Shown piece by piece: positions 36,430 through 49,852 of a stretch of 64,000 bases of DNA. How positions within the stretch are numbered: the stretch's first letter is position 1; every line of letters begins with the position of its first letter. Below the pieces are notes generated by a model that ran no database searches, was not told where the DNA came from, and saw only the letters and a list, made by a program, of their open reading frames with translations. Both the position numbers and the translations under genes were made by a program. Source of the DNA: Eledone cirrhosa (lineage: Eukaryota); contig OZ024743.1 of the NCBI GenBank assembly GCA_964016885.1, positions 212,350,001-212,414,000 on the forward strand. Reading direction: 5' to 3'.

Positions 36430-39001
36430 CTAGAAGAAATATAATTATATTATATTAATATTGGATTTTATTGACACATTCATATGACATGTAACAACGT
36501 AAATACATCAACAGTAAAGTTAAAAATAGTTTCTGATTTAGGCGTTGGTCAACAAATCTTTTGGAGATGGGAAAGTCGATGATATCCTTAAGGTTTCCAG
36601 TTCCCAAATTCACTCACAAGGTTGTAGTAGAAGATAGCAACCACATGGTTCTGAAATGAACTTCTGAACCTCACACACATATAAAAATGGTTTCTTATAT
36701 AGGCACAAGGCCAGCAATTTTGAGGGAGGGGAAGGTCTATTAAATCAACCCCAGTGTGGAAATCAAACTCTCAACCTCATGATTGCAAGTCCAATGCTCT
36801 AACCACGACACCATGCACCTTTACAATAAAAGGCTGGATACTGTACTGGAATAGACTTGTCCAACTGTACCAAATGATGATGATGGTATCATTAAGCATG
36901 TTTGGCACAAAAACAACATATAGATGGATATGAACCAGATTTGTCAGGGGGCTATCTCAATTTTGGGAGTAAAGGTCAGCTGATGCAAGTATTCTGGTCA
37001 TCTGACATTTTGTTTCAACTACTAAATGCCATTAGCTACTACTGACAACTTACTTATTAATAATGTTCTTTATTGCAACATTCACTCTGTTGATGACATA
37101 TGTTTAGTGCATGACGAGAGAAGTAGAGAAGTCAATCATATATATGGAGTACTTGGGTTCAAAACATATTGTATGGTCCGTAACTCCAGATGTTGTCATA
37201 GGGATGCCATAGAAACATACAGCAATTCTTGGGCATTTTAAGCCTATTGGAGCCCACCCCCTCTCCAGGTCTAAATTCAGCAGATTTCTTCCAGATAGAA
37301 AGTGAGAAAGAGACATAGAGGAAGAATCGACCCTAGTACTCTAACGACTCTGTTAATTTGCTGTCTTCAAAACATATTACTGGGTGATAAAGGAAGGAAG
37401 TAAAAAGAAAAGAGAAGTGAATAAAAACATAAAGGAAATACAAGAAAGGATATTTAAAATAAGGAGAAGGAAAGGAAAAAAGATAGAAAGATGCTATATA
37501 TAAAAATATTTAATATTGGGGGGAGGAGGAGAATGACAAGAGCAAGTAAGTGTCAGAGCTAACTTTGTTGCAGAATGTTCTGAGGCGGCATAAACAGTAC
37601 TGGTTTCTGGTGGATGCTTTTCCTGGAAACAAGAAGAAGATGAACAATGAACTAAAGTTGAGAGAAAAGTCAGTAATATAGATTTCTAACATTAGTTATA
37701 AAGACGCAAACATTTAAAGGAAGAGAGTCACAATTTATAAAAACAACCCCAGCACTTAACTGGTATTTATTTAATAAATCCTGGCAAAGTGAACCCTAAT
37801 GGGATTTAAACTCTGAATGTAATATGTCATAACTTCTGCCATCTACTACTCCAAGAAAAAAAAAAATAAAGTATTAGTAAAATATTCTATAACATTTCCA
37901 AAGCTCAGAGTGTTTAAGGGTTGAAATCTCTCCCTGAATAAAATACTAGTTTATTTCAGATAATACTCCCAGGAAATTTAGTGGTAAGAAACTTTCAGGA
38001 GAGCTGGACAGCAGAAGGCCTTCAGAGATGAAACCCCGCTCAAGCAAGTATTTTGACCCTTAACTTCTTACACTCTAAGGGGGCCAGGTTGCATCCAGGT
38101 CATGACTCCTGGGTGCCCTTCAGCTGACATTTAGCCATTTGGATCTAGCTGGAACTCTTCTCCTTCACTTTCAAACTTATATTTAAATGCATTCTTGAAT
38201 TTGGAAAAATAACGTTGGTAGTATATACTGCTAGCAACTAGTTGAAGTGAGACATGTAGAATTCAGAAATACACACAAAATACTTGCAGTGAATTGGAAC
38301 TGAAGACCTATGAATTGCTAGCCCAATATCTTATTGATTTGCAACCCTGTGGTTTAGCTACAGGCTAGCTATGATTGAGCAGAACTATTATCAAGCATTC
38401 TATCTGACATCTGACCATCCCATTTTTTCTAACCTCATTTAAAACCTGGCATGGTTTTGAAATTCTGATGAGTGGAGAAAATATTTACAAAGTTTTAATA
38501 TTTTGACATTTAAAACGTTTTAAGTGTTTTTATTTCACAAATCCATTACATACAAAACTCCCAAGTGAAAATAAGACAACCCCTTCGCACATTTTTAGAA
38601 AATTGTATTCCTTTAGAATTAGAAAATAAAAAAACATGAGAAAATTTCAAATTAATGTTATATAAAGAAATGGAGATATACTTTTAGTTTAAGGTATTAT
38701 TTAAAAAAAAGATTTTCTTTAACCATTATAGAAATCATTAAAAAGACTAGAGGGAGGTTGAAATAAATAGGAAATAGTTGAAAGAGACCAATTGTTAGTG
38801 TAATTAATTTTTTCATCAGGGTTTTGTTGTTGTAACTGCTATTGTTGATATTCATGTTGTTACTGGTGTTGTTTTTGTTGTTTATGGTGTTATTACTATT
38901 ATTTATTTAATTATGTAAATTTTTTATATCTAAAGATATACAGTATGTTTAATAAATAAACATTTTGAAAGCCAAGCTATGCATATTGAAAGGCTGACAG
39001 C

Positions 39002-39017
39002 CAGCGCCATCTAGCGG
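39002..39017 (-). promoter_or_regulatory. CTCF-like consensus motif (CCGCTAGATGGCGCTG)
   Basis: Close match to the CTCF core; lies between ~65 bp direct repeats (~38920-38990 and ~39229-39285). Binding not shown. Confidence 0.45.
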
Positions 39018-40445
39018 GTTCCAGCAGAAGCAGCGAGGAACGACTGTCTATGAGCATTTCAAGTTCTGGCTAGCATCAGGACACTGCGTCCCCTGTTCTG
39101 TTGGAACTTGAAACAGGTGAAAATATATAGCTTTTTCGCCTGTGTTGATAGGCTGATTAGTATATGGAGCTGTGTAAGTCAGCTCAACTTAAAAGTAGAA
39201 TTAAATTTTAACTCCGACAAGTATGTGGATTTTGTATATCTAAAGATATACGGTATGTTTTTGAAAGCCTAGCTATGAATATTTATTCAATAGATAAAGT
39301 AAACGGACATCTTACAGATAAACCAGTATAAAGTAATTGAAATGAAAAACAAAAATATTCAGTAGACAAAATCTCACAATGTTATGAAAATCCATTGTGG
39401 AGCAGTGGTCGATGAATTTGGTCTGCACCCGTTATCTTGCTACCTTAGTGCAGGTTGCTCCACCATCACACTGCTCTGAACGACTTCATCAGAAGGAACC
39501 TTAATGCAGCCAGTTTCTCATCACAATTGGAGCCTGCTGGCTATGAACATGTCGATAGCAAGCGCCCCGATGGATTAACCCTATTTCCTTTCGAGGGAGC
39601 AAATCCCTAATTTGGAATGTGACAAGCAGCGACTAATTCTCTGCTTCAAACTTTGCTACTTCAGTCACAAACCCAGGCTCCACTGCCTGCAATGTGGAGG
39701 AGCGGAAGATAGTCAAATAATGAGGCCTGGCTGACTTATTCCTCTTTGCACCAGTCTCCATCAAGACCCCTGGCATCCTTGGTTCTTGCACTACTAATTT
39801 CCTCCGTAATGTCAGAAAGACGGTGGCCTGCTTGAGGAGGGAGCCCCGTGGGGTGGGGTAGCTGTCTCTGGCCATTCTTGAGTGACGCTTTTGCTGTTTT
39901 GTCTGTTAGGTACAGCTGTGCCACTGCTCAGACTGGAGTGTAGTGACTGTCCTTCCCCACTCTCCCTTTCTTTCGTTGCTTGATCCTTCTTTCTTTTTCT
40001 CCTTCCTTTTCTGTTCCCTTTAATAGTGTTTTGTTTTTATTAGACTCTGCTGAATTATTTTTATTTCATGGATTGAATTTATATTTATTGTAATTATTTT
40101 CATATAATTGTAATAATAAACACGTTTTTTTAGTACCTTAGTTTCATAGAATTTGAAGTTGGTGAAAATCGTCAAAATATTGACTCTGAATATAAGCTGG
40201 ACTCTCTGCCCCTATTTTACAAGTGATTTTTGGTCACATAACCCTTGGCTTATATTCAAGTAGGTACAGTACTTTTCTCCTATTCTTATTTATACCTGGA
40301 ATTCTGATATTTCAGGCAATACAAACTGATCTAATGGTTGCTCTCTAAAATTACCCATTACTAAAAAAAGGATTAGCAAAATATTAACAAATTTATCTTT
40401 CCTGGAAGAACAAACAGAACATAAATGAAGTATTCACAAACCTAC

Positions 40446-40486
40446 CCGTGAATAAATACTTCCCTTTCTCTATCTTCATCATTCAT
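40446..40486 (-). CDS. STARD3: STARD3 N-terminal coding exon (MNDEDREREVFIH-G); exon likely spans 40446-40516
   Basis: GG|GTAGG phase-2 donor matches the single T opening exon 36429; CTGTAG acceptor at 40517; total CDS from this ATG is 1338 nt (445 aa). Confidence 0.7.
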
Positions 40487-41142
40487 ATGTAATATTCTCA
40501 GTCCTCCAACATAAACCTACAGAAGCCTGTCATTCACTGTACCGATTTATCACGCTTACTTCAATATGACACCAATGATATGTTTTACCCCTCTAAAAAC
40601 ACCATGATTCAGAAAAAGCACTGACTTACAAATATTCAAGTTGAATACCAGCAATATCAATCTCGTTATAGTCTGTAGATATCATGTGTAATGCACTTCT
40701 TCATTTGATCAACATGCACAAAAAATTGTCCTTTTGTTTATTCAAAAGCTCGGCCAACTTTTTCATTAGGTTTTGTTGTAGTTGCTTCCATCGTTGTTGA
40801 TATTCCATAGCTTAAGAAAACTAAATCCGTTGAGCCGTTAAATTATTGAACAAAGAGGGAACCTCCAATGTCATCATTTGAACTGCTAGAAATAGCAACC
40901 AAATTTACCTCAAAACATGTCCCTATCAACTAAGAAAAGAAGGACATGGCACAACTGACTTTTCATGGCATCATATTTTCATTTTTCTGCTTTATTATCA
41001 GAAATCTTGCTGATGATTTTAATGAGTCTTTTGTTTAATTACTTAACTGTTCTATTACCATATTTCTAATGAAAGACACTGCCTAGATGTTCTAATAAAT
41101 TTTGAAAATAACATATTTGTAGAAATTTAATAAAATAATTAA

Positions 41143-42240
41143 GTAGGAACTCCATTCTCTGCCTAGGTAGGAACTCCATTCTCTGCCCCAAATGCAAACA
41201 ATGAGTACACAAGAGATGTAGCGGGATCTCAGGAAGCTTAATTAAGAATGTAGGCTTCACATGCAGCAGCTGTGCTGGGACAGCAAGCAACAAACAGCCA
41301 CAGGAAACAAGTACCACCAATCTCTGGGAGGGCTCTGTAGAAACAGTAGACAGCTTCTGCTACTTAGGTGACCGAATTAGCAGCGGAAGTGGGTGTTCAG
41401 AAAGTACAATAACTAGGGTAAGAACGGGATGGAAGTAGTTTAGGGAACTACTACCACTGCTAGCTGCAAAAGGCTTCTCCCTCAGAATGAAAGGCAGACT
41501 GTATGATGCGTGTATCCAAACAGCGATGTTGCATGGTAGTGAGACCTGGGCGCTGAAGGTGGAAGACTTACGTAGATTAGAGAGAAACGAAGCTTGCATG
41601 CTCCGATGGATGTGTAACAGTAATATACATGAACGACAAAGCATAAATGAATTGAGAGAGAGACTGAGCATAAGAGGAATCAAATGTTGTGTGAAGGAGA
41701 GGCGGTTGCGCTGGTATGGACATGTGATGAGTATGAAGGATGACAGCTGCATAAAAAGGTGCAAAGCACTAGAAGTCGATGGAAACCGCGGAGTGGGGAG
41801 ACCCAAGATGACCTGGGATGAGGTGATAAAAGCCGACCTTACACAATTACACCTCTCAAAGGCGATGACACACGACCGTGACCTCTGGCGCCACGCAGTA
41901 ATACAGAGTACCCGACCTCCCATGGGTACATGCTGAAGCATATAGACAATATGCCCCCACACCCCCCACCGCAAGGTGGTCGTGGAGGTGCCACGGCAAA
42001 AAAAGCACCCAGCCAACACTGTAAAGTGGACGTGTAGGCACCATGAAAAAGCACCCAGCACTCACTGTAAATGAGGTTGGTGTTAGGAAGGGCATCCAGC
42101 TGTAGAAATCAAGCCAAATCAGTTCCTGTATGAGCAAAGCATGGTCAGCTGACCAGACACTGCCCACAACAGGACAACCCGTCTAACCCATGCTAGCGTG
42201 GAAGAACGGACGTAAAATGGTGATGATGATGATGATGATG
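41143..42240 (+). mobile_element. 5'-truncated RTE LINE, subfamily B
   Basis: Colinear with 12312-13377, with in-frame stops; AATTAAGT on both sides (41137 and 42241) as probable TSD. Confidence 0.93.
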
Positions 42241-43395
42241 AATTAAGTTCTTAGTAAGCAGGTATCTAGAATATTACTTTCCAGTGTGTGACTGGTACTT
42301 TATATTATCGACCCCGTAAGGATGAAAGGCAAAGTTAACCTCGGCGGGATTTGAACTCAGATCATAAAGGTCCATAACTCTATGCTGCAAAGCATGTTGT
42401 CCGACGCTCTACTCATACTGCCAATCAACCGCTCTAGAATTGGAAATGATAATAGATGACTTTATATGGTCAATAAATTTATGTGAGTGTAATGAGCCAC
42501 TATAAAATGTACATATATGAAGCTTCTGACTCCAAGAAACTATCACATAGAAAAGAAATCTATGACAAATAAATTAAAAAGAGTGAATATTACAATAAAC
42601 ACAAAGCAACGAATGTCAGCAAGATGAAAATGTACACACTAAAATGTTAGCAAATTGCCTGAAACTGTCCTGGATTTATGATAGAAAATTGTTTTTCAAA
42701 AAATGTTCTAAATATTAGCTTACTAATGAAACTGCCCAGATGGATAGGTCATTTGCTGGACTCAGAGTTTGAGGTGGGAGGTAAATATGCAGGATGATGG
42801 TGGAGGAACACATGTATAAGAGGTGCAAGAAAACAGATAGAAAACAATTTTAGCACTCACATGTAAATATATATGATGGTGTCACTCTTCACTTTAAACA
42901 AAAACAGCATTCTCTCTCTCGTGTGTGTGCGCTTGGTGTGTATGTGTCTGTATGTATATATGTACTAGTGTTCTTCTGTCATCAAAAATGACTTTAGTTT
43001 TATTACAGATAATTTCACATCTGTTGAAAATGATGAGTAAAACCATTCTTGTATTTTTGACTTAAAGACTTTACACTTTCTATTTAATAGTAGATTACTA
43101 GACTTGATTTTATTTCGGACATCAACCTTTCTTAACCTTTACACAAACACACGTATATGTGTGTTGAACCTCAGTTGGTTTCAACGATGAGTGTTCCAGT
43201 TAATTCGATCAACAGAACAGCCAGCTCATAAAATTAACATGCAAGTAGCTGAGCATTCTACAGATACATATACCTTTAATATAGTTCTCAAAATTACAGG
43301 TACAACTTATTTTTACCAGCTGGAGCAATATATATATATATATAAGCTCTAACCCATGTTACCGTGGAAAAATGAACGTTAAACGGTGATGAAGA

Positions 43396-43455
<60 letters not shown>

Positions 43456-43590
43456 GTTTAACAAGGTTCAATGAATTAATCAATGAATAAAGTTTCACAA
43501 TAGATTAGAAGCACTCTACAAAAAGGTTTTCTGGAGTTATTAATATTACTTCAAAATATTAATAAATATAGACATTCATGTGATCAAATA

Positions 43591-43656
43591 TATTTTATTA
43601 TACATATTTCAGAGGTACTGAGCTATTTTAACAGTACGCCCTCATCAGATAAAATA
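43591..43656 (-). ncRNA. Minimal type I hammerhead ribozyme motif (left arm)
   Basis: TATTTTAT-CTGATGA-GGGCGTACTG..CAGTACCTCT-GAAA-TATGTA-TA^ATAAAATA. Confidence 0.7.
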
Positions 43657-43754
43657 AGTTGATGCCTGACATACCTTGACTATGTTGATGGTTGTAATTC
43701 TGCCATGACTGAATTATAACCATCAACATACCCAAGGTATGTCAGACATCAACT

Positions 43755-43820
43755 TATTTTATCTGATGAGGACGTACTGTTGAAATAGCTCAGTACCTCT
43801 GAAATATGTATAATAAAATA
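43755..43820 (+). ncRNA. Minimal type I hammerhead ribozyme motif (right arm)
   Basis: 8-bp stem I TATTTTAT/ATAAAATA, CTGATGA at 43763-43769, stem II GTACTG/CAGTAC, GAAA at 43801-43804, predicted AUA^ cleavage after 43812. Confidence 0.7.
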
Positions 43821-43879
43821 TATTTGATCACATGAATGTCTATATTTATTAATATTTTGAAGTAATATATATATATATA

Positions 43880-45790
43880 TTTAAACCAAGTCATACAGAA
43901 TGGGGTCGTTCCGAAGGACTGGCGCAGCAGCATCATCATTAACTGCTACAAGGGTAAAGGTGATGCCCTAGATAGGGGAAACTATAGAGGCATTAAATTA
44001 ATTGACCAGGTCATGAAGGTCACAGAAAAAGTAATAGCGCAACTAATCAGAGAGCGAATTGATCTAGACGAAATGCAGTTCGGGTTTGTGTCAGGTAAAA
44101 GTACAACAGACGCTCTTTTCATTGTACGACAACTACAGGAGAAGTACCTAGCTAAAAGTAAACCCCTATACTTAGCTTTTGTTGACTTGGAGAAAGCCTT
44201 TGACAGAGTACCCCGCTTGATTATCTGGTGGGCCCTTAGAAAACTAGGTGTTGATGAATGGCTTGTGAGAGCTATACAAGCCATGTATAAAGAAACAGTC
44301 AGCAAGGTTAGAATTAACAACGAATATAGTGAAGAGTTTAGCGTAAAAGTTGGTGTTCATCAGGGCTCTGTCCTTAGCCTCCTACTATTTATTATTGCCC
44401 TTCAGGCTATAACAGAGGAGTTCAAGACTGGCTGCCCATGGGAACTCCTATATGCAGATGATCTAACGCTCATAGCTGAATCAATGGCTGAACTAGAGAA
44501 GAAATTCCAAACATGGAAGCATGGCCTAGAATCAAAAGGCCTTAAAGTTAACTTGTCTAAGACTAAAGTTCTAGTTTGTAGGAAGGAAAATAGGGCACCG
44601 GTACCATCTGGGAAATGGCCATGCTCAGTGTGTAGGAAAGGAGTAGGTAGAAACTCCATTTTATGTCCCAAATCCAAAGTATGGGTAGATAAAAGATGTA
44701 GTGGGATCACAGGTAAGCTAACTAAGAATATAGATTTTATATGTGGCCGGTGCTCTGGTGCAATAAGTAGCAGCAAGTGCCCACAGAATACTAACTCATT
44801 CCATTGCACAGATGGTTCTATAGAAATAGTGGACAGCTTCCGTTACCTGGGTGACAAAATCAGCAGTGGGGGAGGGTGCTCTGAAAGTACAGTAGCTAGA
44901 GTCAGAACGGGATGGAAAAAGTTCAGAGAGCTTATACCACTATTGGCCGCTAAAGGGTTCTCTCTAAAAATGAAAGGCAGGCTGTATGATGCCTGCATAC
45001 GAACAGCAATGTTACATGGCAGTGAGACCTGGGCATTGTGTGCAGAGGATATACGCAGACTGGAGAGAAACGAAGCTTGCATGCTCCGCTGGATGTGTAA
45101 TAGTAATATACGTGAACGGCAAAGCATAAACGAACTAAGGGAGAAATTAGAAATAAGAGGGATCAGATGTTGTTTACTCGAGAGAAGACTACGTTGGTAT
45201 GGTCACGTGATGCGCATGAAAGACGACAGCTGTATAAAAAAGTGCAGGGCAATAAAAATAGACGGTAGCCACGGAGTAGGCAGACCCAGAAAAACCTGGG
45301 ACTTGATAAATTCCGACCTCACACACTTACACCTCTCCAAGACAATGTCACTGGACCGAGACCTTTGGCGCTACACAGTAATAGAAAAGACCCGCTTTAC
45401 CTAAGTGCAAAGTGAAACCTACTACAGTCAGTAGGCACCTCTAACAAAATACACCCCCATCCCACTACCCGCACCCCATCCACACCACCCCTTTCAATGT
45501 AAAGTTATGTTGGTACCACAACATCCAGCCCGAAACAAACGAGGTCGTGTAGGTGTCACGACAAAAACACACACAGTCCACGCTGTAATGTGGCCGTGTA
45601 GGTAACACGGTAAAAACCACCCAGTTCCACACTGTAAATGTGGTTGGTGTTAGGAAGGGCATCCAGCCGTAGAAAACCCGCCAGACAGTCCTATGCGAGC
45701 AAGACAACCACTCTTGCCTCAAGTGAAGAAAACTCCCGTCCAAACCCATGCGAGCGTGGAATATGGACGTTAAACGAAGATGATGATGAT
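43880..45790 (+). mobile_element. 5'-truncated RTE LINE, subfamily C (ORF 44013-45404)
   Basis: RT motifs, degenerate PHD finger, 3' UTR and (GAT)n; flanked by (TA)n. Confidence 0.95.
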
Positions 45791-46225
45791 ATATATACAT
45801 CCTTCTTTCGCCCCCTCTGTCATGTCAGTTAACTCTTCCTCACACTTTCACTCACTCACTGTTTCTCCTCTCTTCATTTCATCCTGTACACCACGAAGGC
45901 TATTTTTCTCTCTTCTCACATGGCCATCGTTCGTGTCAGGTCTTTTTTCTAAAGCGCTCATATATTCACCTAGCTTATGCTAAACAGAATAATTTTGAAG
46001 CTTGTTTCTTTCCCCTACGGTTAGCTATACTCTTTGTTGTTCTCCTGTCTCACTCACTTTACGCGTTTCAATTGTCCTAATAACTTATTTTGGTTATTAT
46101 TGCACCGACGTGAGGTATATGATTTTTAATGCAATGAAATATCTATGATCGTCGGCAAATCACTGATGAGGGACTCATTTTATTACGTTATCCATGTGCT
46201 ACCTGCAGTATTTTTCTCTATATTT

Positions 46226-46273
<48 letters not shown>

Positions 46274-49149
46274 TCATTGTTTAACGTCCATTTTATACAC
46301 ACACATATTACACTGACAGAAGGCCCTAGAAGTTTATTACAAAAGCTTTTGATGAAATATAAGAGAGAGGGAGAGAGAAGTAACAGGAATTACATAGGAA
46401 AGTTTGTGACTGTACTTTTAGTTGCCTGATTCTCTCTATGTATCTCTCATTTTGAAGAGAATCTTAATGTTGATATAAGGTCAATTACATTTCATCAAAA
46501 GATCTTGTACTAAACTTTTAAGGGAACATCTGTTTTTCCAACCAACCAATCTCATGATGTAACAACTTAACAGCATTCGTTAACCCTTTCATTGCCATAT
46601 CAATAAAGAAAAATATTGTATTTGAATTAATTAAGTAAACATTTGGAGGTATTTATTAAAATTATTTATTTGAATATTAAAACGACATAACCTAACAAAA
46701 GATTCTTATATCAATACTCTTTTGTTCCTTCCCACAGATAGATTAGCAAAATTTAATAAGCGGGTGGGGCATTAGTCAAGACCTGAAAGTACCTTCTAAA
46801 AAAGGAAGGGAGAGAGAGGAAACCAACAGACTCTCTCCACCCCCTATTAGTGGGATGGAGAAGCCCTCAGACATGCCCGCCACCTCCCGGAGTTTTATTT
46901 ATCCCCTAACCCCCGGGGGGTTTGCTGCATTTTCGGAAGTAAGATTAGTTGGTAACATGAACAAAGCAGAAAGAAAACAATTCCCCATAATTTTAATCCT
47001 TTTAATAAAATAAGTACTATAAAGACTGAAACCAGTACAATAACATAAATTACATTTCTGTAGTTTCCTTGGTCGCCTCCATAATTTATTTACGTTAAAA
47101 CATTTCCTGGACTTTAAACTTTATTCAGAAAGTGATAAAGCAATTAACTTATATTAATCTATTGAAGAGATTAAAGGTAAATAATTCCGTATCAGGAGTA
47201 TTGTTAAAGAATCGTTCTGCATACTGAATACAAATACAGTCGAGTTTAACTTAATGTCACCTAATAAATTGAAAAACTTCAAATAACTGAGATTATCCAT
47301 AAAATTAGTAGACAGAAACTCCTTCCACGAGTGTTTGTTTGGATAATGTCAGTTGATCGAAGTTTTTCATCATACTATATTACATATTTCATATCAAGGA
47401 CTAAAAACTGTGTATTTTGTTTGTTTGATTGGTATTAATTCTTTTCCTGTATACTGCTTTTTTTCTGTGATAAAATCTGACAGGTACTCGACAAATTAGT
47501 CAAGTAATTAATGAAATATAACAATCAAATAATTAGAATATGTGATTTACAAATAAAAAACAACCCCAATGTTGAATTTGTTTCCAATTTGAACTCGAAA
47601 GCAAAAAATATGAAAACTCACTGTTTATGTTTACGTTGTGTACGTCGCATACGAATTCATGTTACCAGTTTCTTATTTACATGACAATTATGAAAATAAA
47701 CCAAAGAGTTCATAATAAGCTATAAATAATCCATCAGTCGTTAGATATGTGAAAGAGAGGCGTACTCGACATCTTTCAGGATGCATTTACACACACACAC
47801 ATATATATATATAAATGCAAATCGCATCCATACAGTACGTAGCATGTGATAGAATCAAGGGTCACTAACGATTACTAAATAAAAACTGTTCAAGCTCCAT
47901 ATAGATAAAATAACGCACGTATGCACAGAAGTGTGAGCAACGAAAAACATAAAAGGAGTAGCAAGTTCAGATTGTAAACTGCACATGAAAATAGAAATAA
48001 CAATTAACACTTTCGTGGAAAGAACCTTACATGATAAGCAGTTGATTTTGTTGGGTATTTTGTTGAGTCGATTGTATCTAAACATGATGTTTCTAACTTT
48101 AGCACAAAGCCAGCAATGTGTGTGTGTTGATTTATTTCATCGACTGGTACCTTATTTTTTCGACGTCGAAAAGATGAAAGTATATTCAACGGACTCAGTC
48201 ACAAAATGGACCAAAGGTAATATCGACCCCATGAGTGATTTAGCTTCAGAAATATAAGGCTATAGTTGAAATCTAAAATCTTAACAATTCTAATGAATTA
48301 AATGTTAATAATATGCATATTTCTTTTAATTATTTCTTGTTTCACTTTTGGACTTTATCCACAGTATAAGAAGCTTAATACCTCATTGTCCTAAGTTCAA
48401 AGTTTGCGATAACTAACTATACGTTTCAACCTTCTTACGTTAATATATTAAGCAGCATCAAAAATAGAATTAAAAACCGTGTCTGTATATGTTAAAACAA
48501 TCCTTACTGTCTATTTGTTGTTATTGTATTCAAGTATACGGAATACGGATCGCATTCCAAGTTAAAATATCAAGAATAATAAGAGCAGCATTTAGTAACT
48601 AATAAATCATTTTTCACAACCTTGATGTTTATAAAGCTACTGCAAGGTTTGTCCCGAAAGTAAGGGTACTGATGTTTTATTTAAATGTACTAGCATGTGT
48701 AGTGTGTATATTGATATAATACACAAATATATATGCATGTAAATAAAATCGTAATTGACAATATACACGGAAATTGAACGAAGTCTGTTTTTACACTGTC
48801 TTCTGTAGTCAGTAACGTAATCCATGATACATTAAAAAAAAGACGATATTATATATAAATTGCATTAGGAGAAAATTAGCGACGGAAATATATGCGATCA
48901 TAAGTGTTATAATATAACGGCCGCTAACCGGAAGTGTTGACATTTGACAATTTTAAAGAAGTGAATATTTAAATAAGCTATAAAATATATTTAATAAACA
49001 GCCACGAAATTTAGCACATAAATTATGTAATATTCATTCATTATTTATTCAAAGTAATCCAACTTATTTTACAAACGGGGTAAAAAAATATATTCTGGAT
49101 GCAGTCCCGCACTCCTTTCTTTATTATAGTTAAGATATTAGACGTACAT

Positions 49150-49620
49150 GACATTACAAGTTATTTCCTTCACAGCAGTTCCAACGTTTATTCCATTGAT
49201 AGTAGCAAGTCATTTTATGTGAGTGTCAGCTTGTCGTTAGAATTTTTTGTATGTTTTCCACAGCCCCAAAATGATGACATTTCAACTTAGGAAGGAGGTA
49301 GAAATCACACGGAGCGAGATTTGAACTGTAAGGGAGGATGAGGAAGAGTTTGAATGTTTTTCTTTGCCAGAAATTCTCTAATTGAAACTGAGCAGGTATG
49401 TTATCGTTGTGCAGTACCCAATCTCCTTTCGGACTAGCTGGACCCGTTTTCAAAGTTGTTCCAAGACATCTTTGTAGAAGGTGCTATTAACTGTCTGTCC
49501 TGGAGGTAAAATTTCTTTGTGAACAATATAACGGCTGCCAAAAAAAAAAACACACACAAAAAAAAATGATAATCATTCGTTTTCACCCTGGATCATGCGT
49601 ACTTTCTTCGAACGGGGAGA
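49150..49620 (-). pseudogene. Mariner (DD34D) transposase relic
   Basis: WVLHNDNIPA and PYSSNLAPCDFYLLPKLK match HHDNAPAH and YSPDLAPCDF. Confidence 0.85.
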
Positions 49621-49667
49621 CATTTTCTCTATACCATTTTTACTCTGGATCGAACACCCACTATTTA

Positions 49668-49852
49668 GGATTGGCAGTATCGGTAGAGGGTCGGACGCCA
49701 TGCTTTCCAGCATAGTTACGTCCCTTTACGATCTGAGTTCAAATCCCGCCGAGGTTGACTTTGCCTTTCATCCTTACGGGGTCGATAAAATAAAGTACCA
49801 GTAATGCACTGGGTAATTGCTGGCCTTGTGCCTAAAGTAGAAACAATTATTA
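49668..49852 (+). mobile_element. Young SINE S1 copy
   Basis: Nearly identical to 22484-22665. Further copies at ~42280-42430 (-), ~51120-51460 (+), ~59050-59185 (-) and ~63800-63900 (-). Confidence 0.9.

Larger units (their letters stand above)
43546..43866. repeat. ~320 bp fold-back inverted repeat (155 bp arms, 10 nt loop), Penelope-like terminal structure
   Basis: 43546-43700 is the reverse complement of 43711-43866 with a handful of mismatches. Confidence 0.95.

Noticed and set aside
46163-46200. CTGATGA motif (also ~38465, ~41010, ~58000 minus, and YADD codons in RTs)
   Set aside because: No properly placed GAAA with pairing stems I and II; not called as hammerheads.
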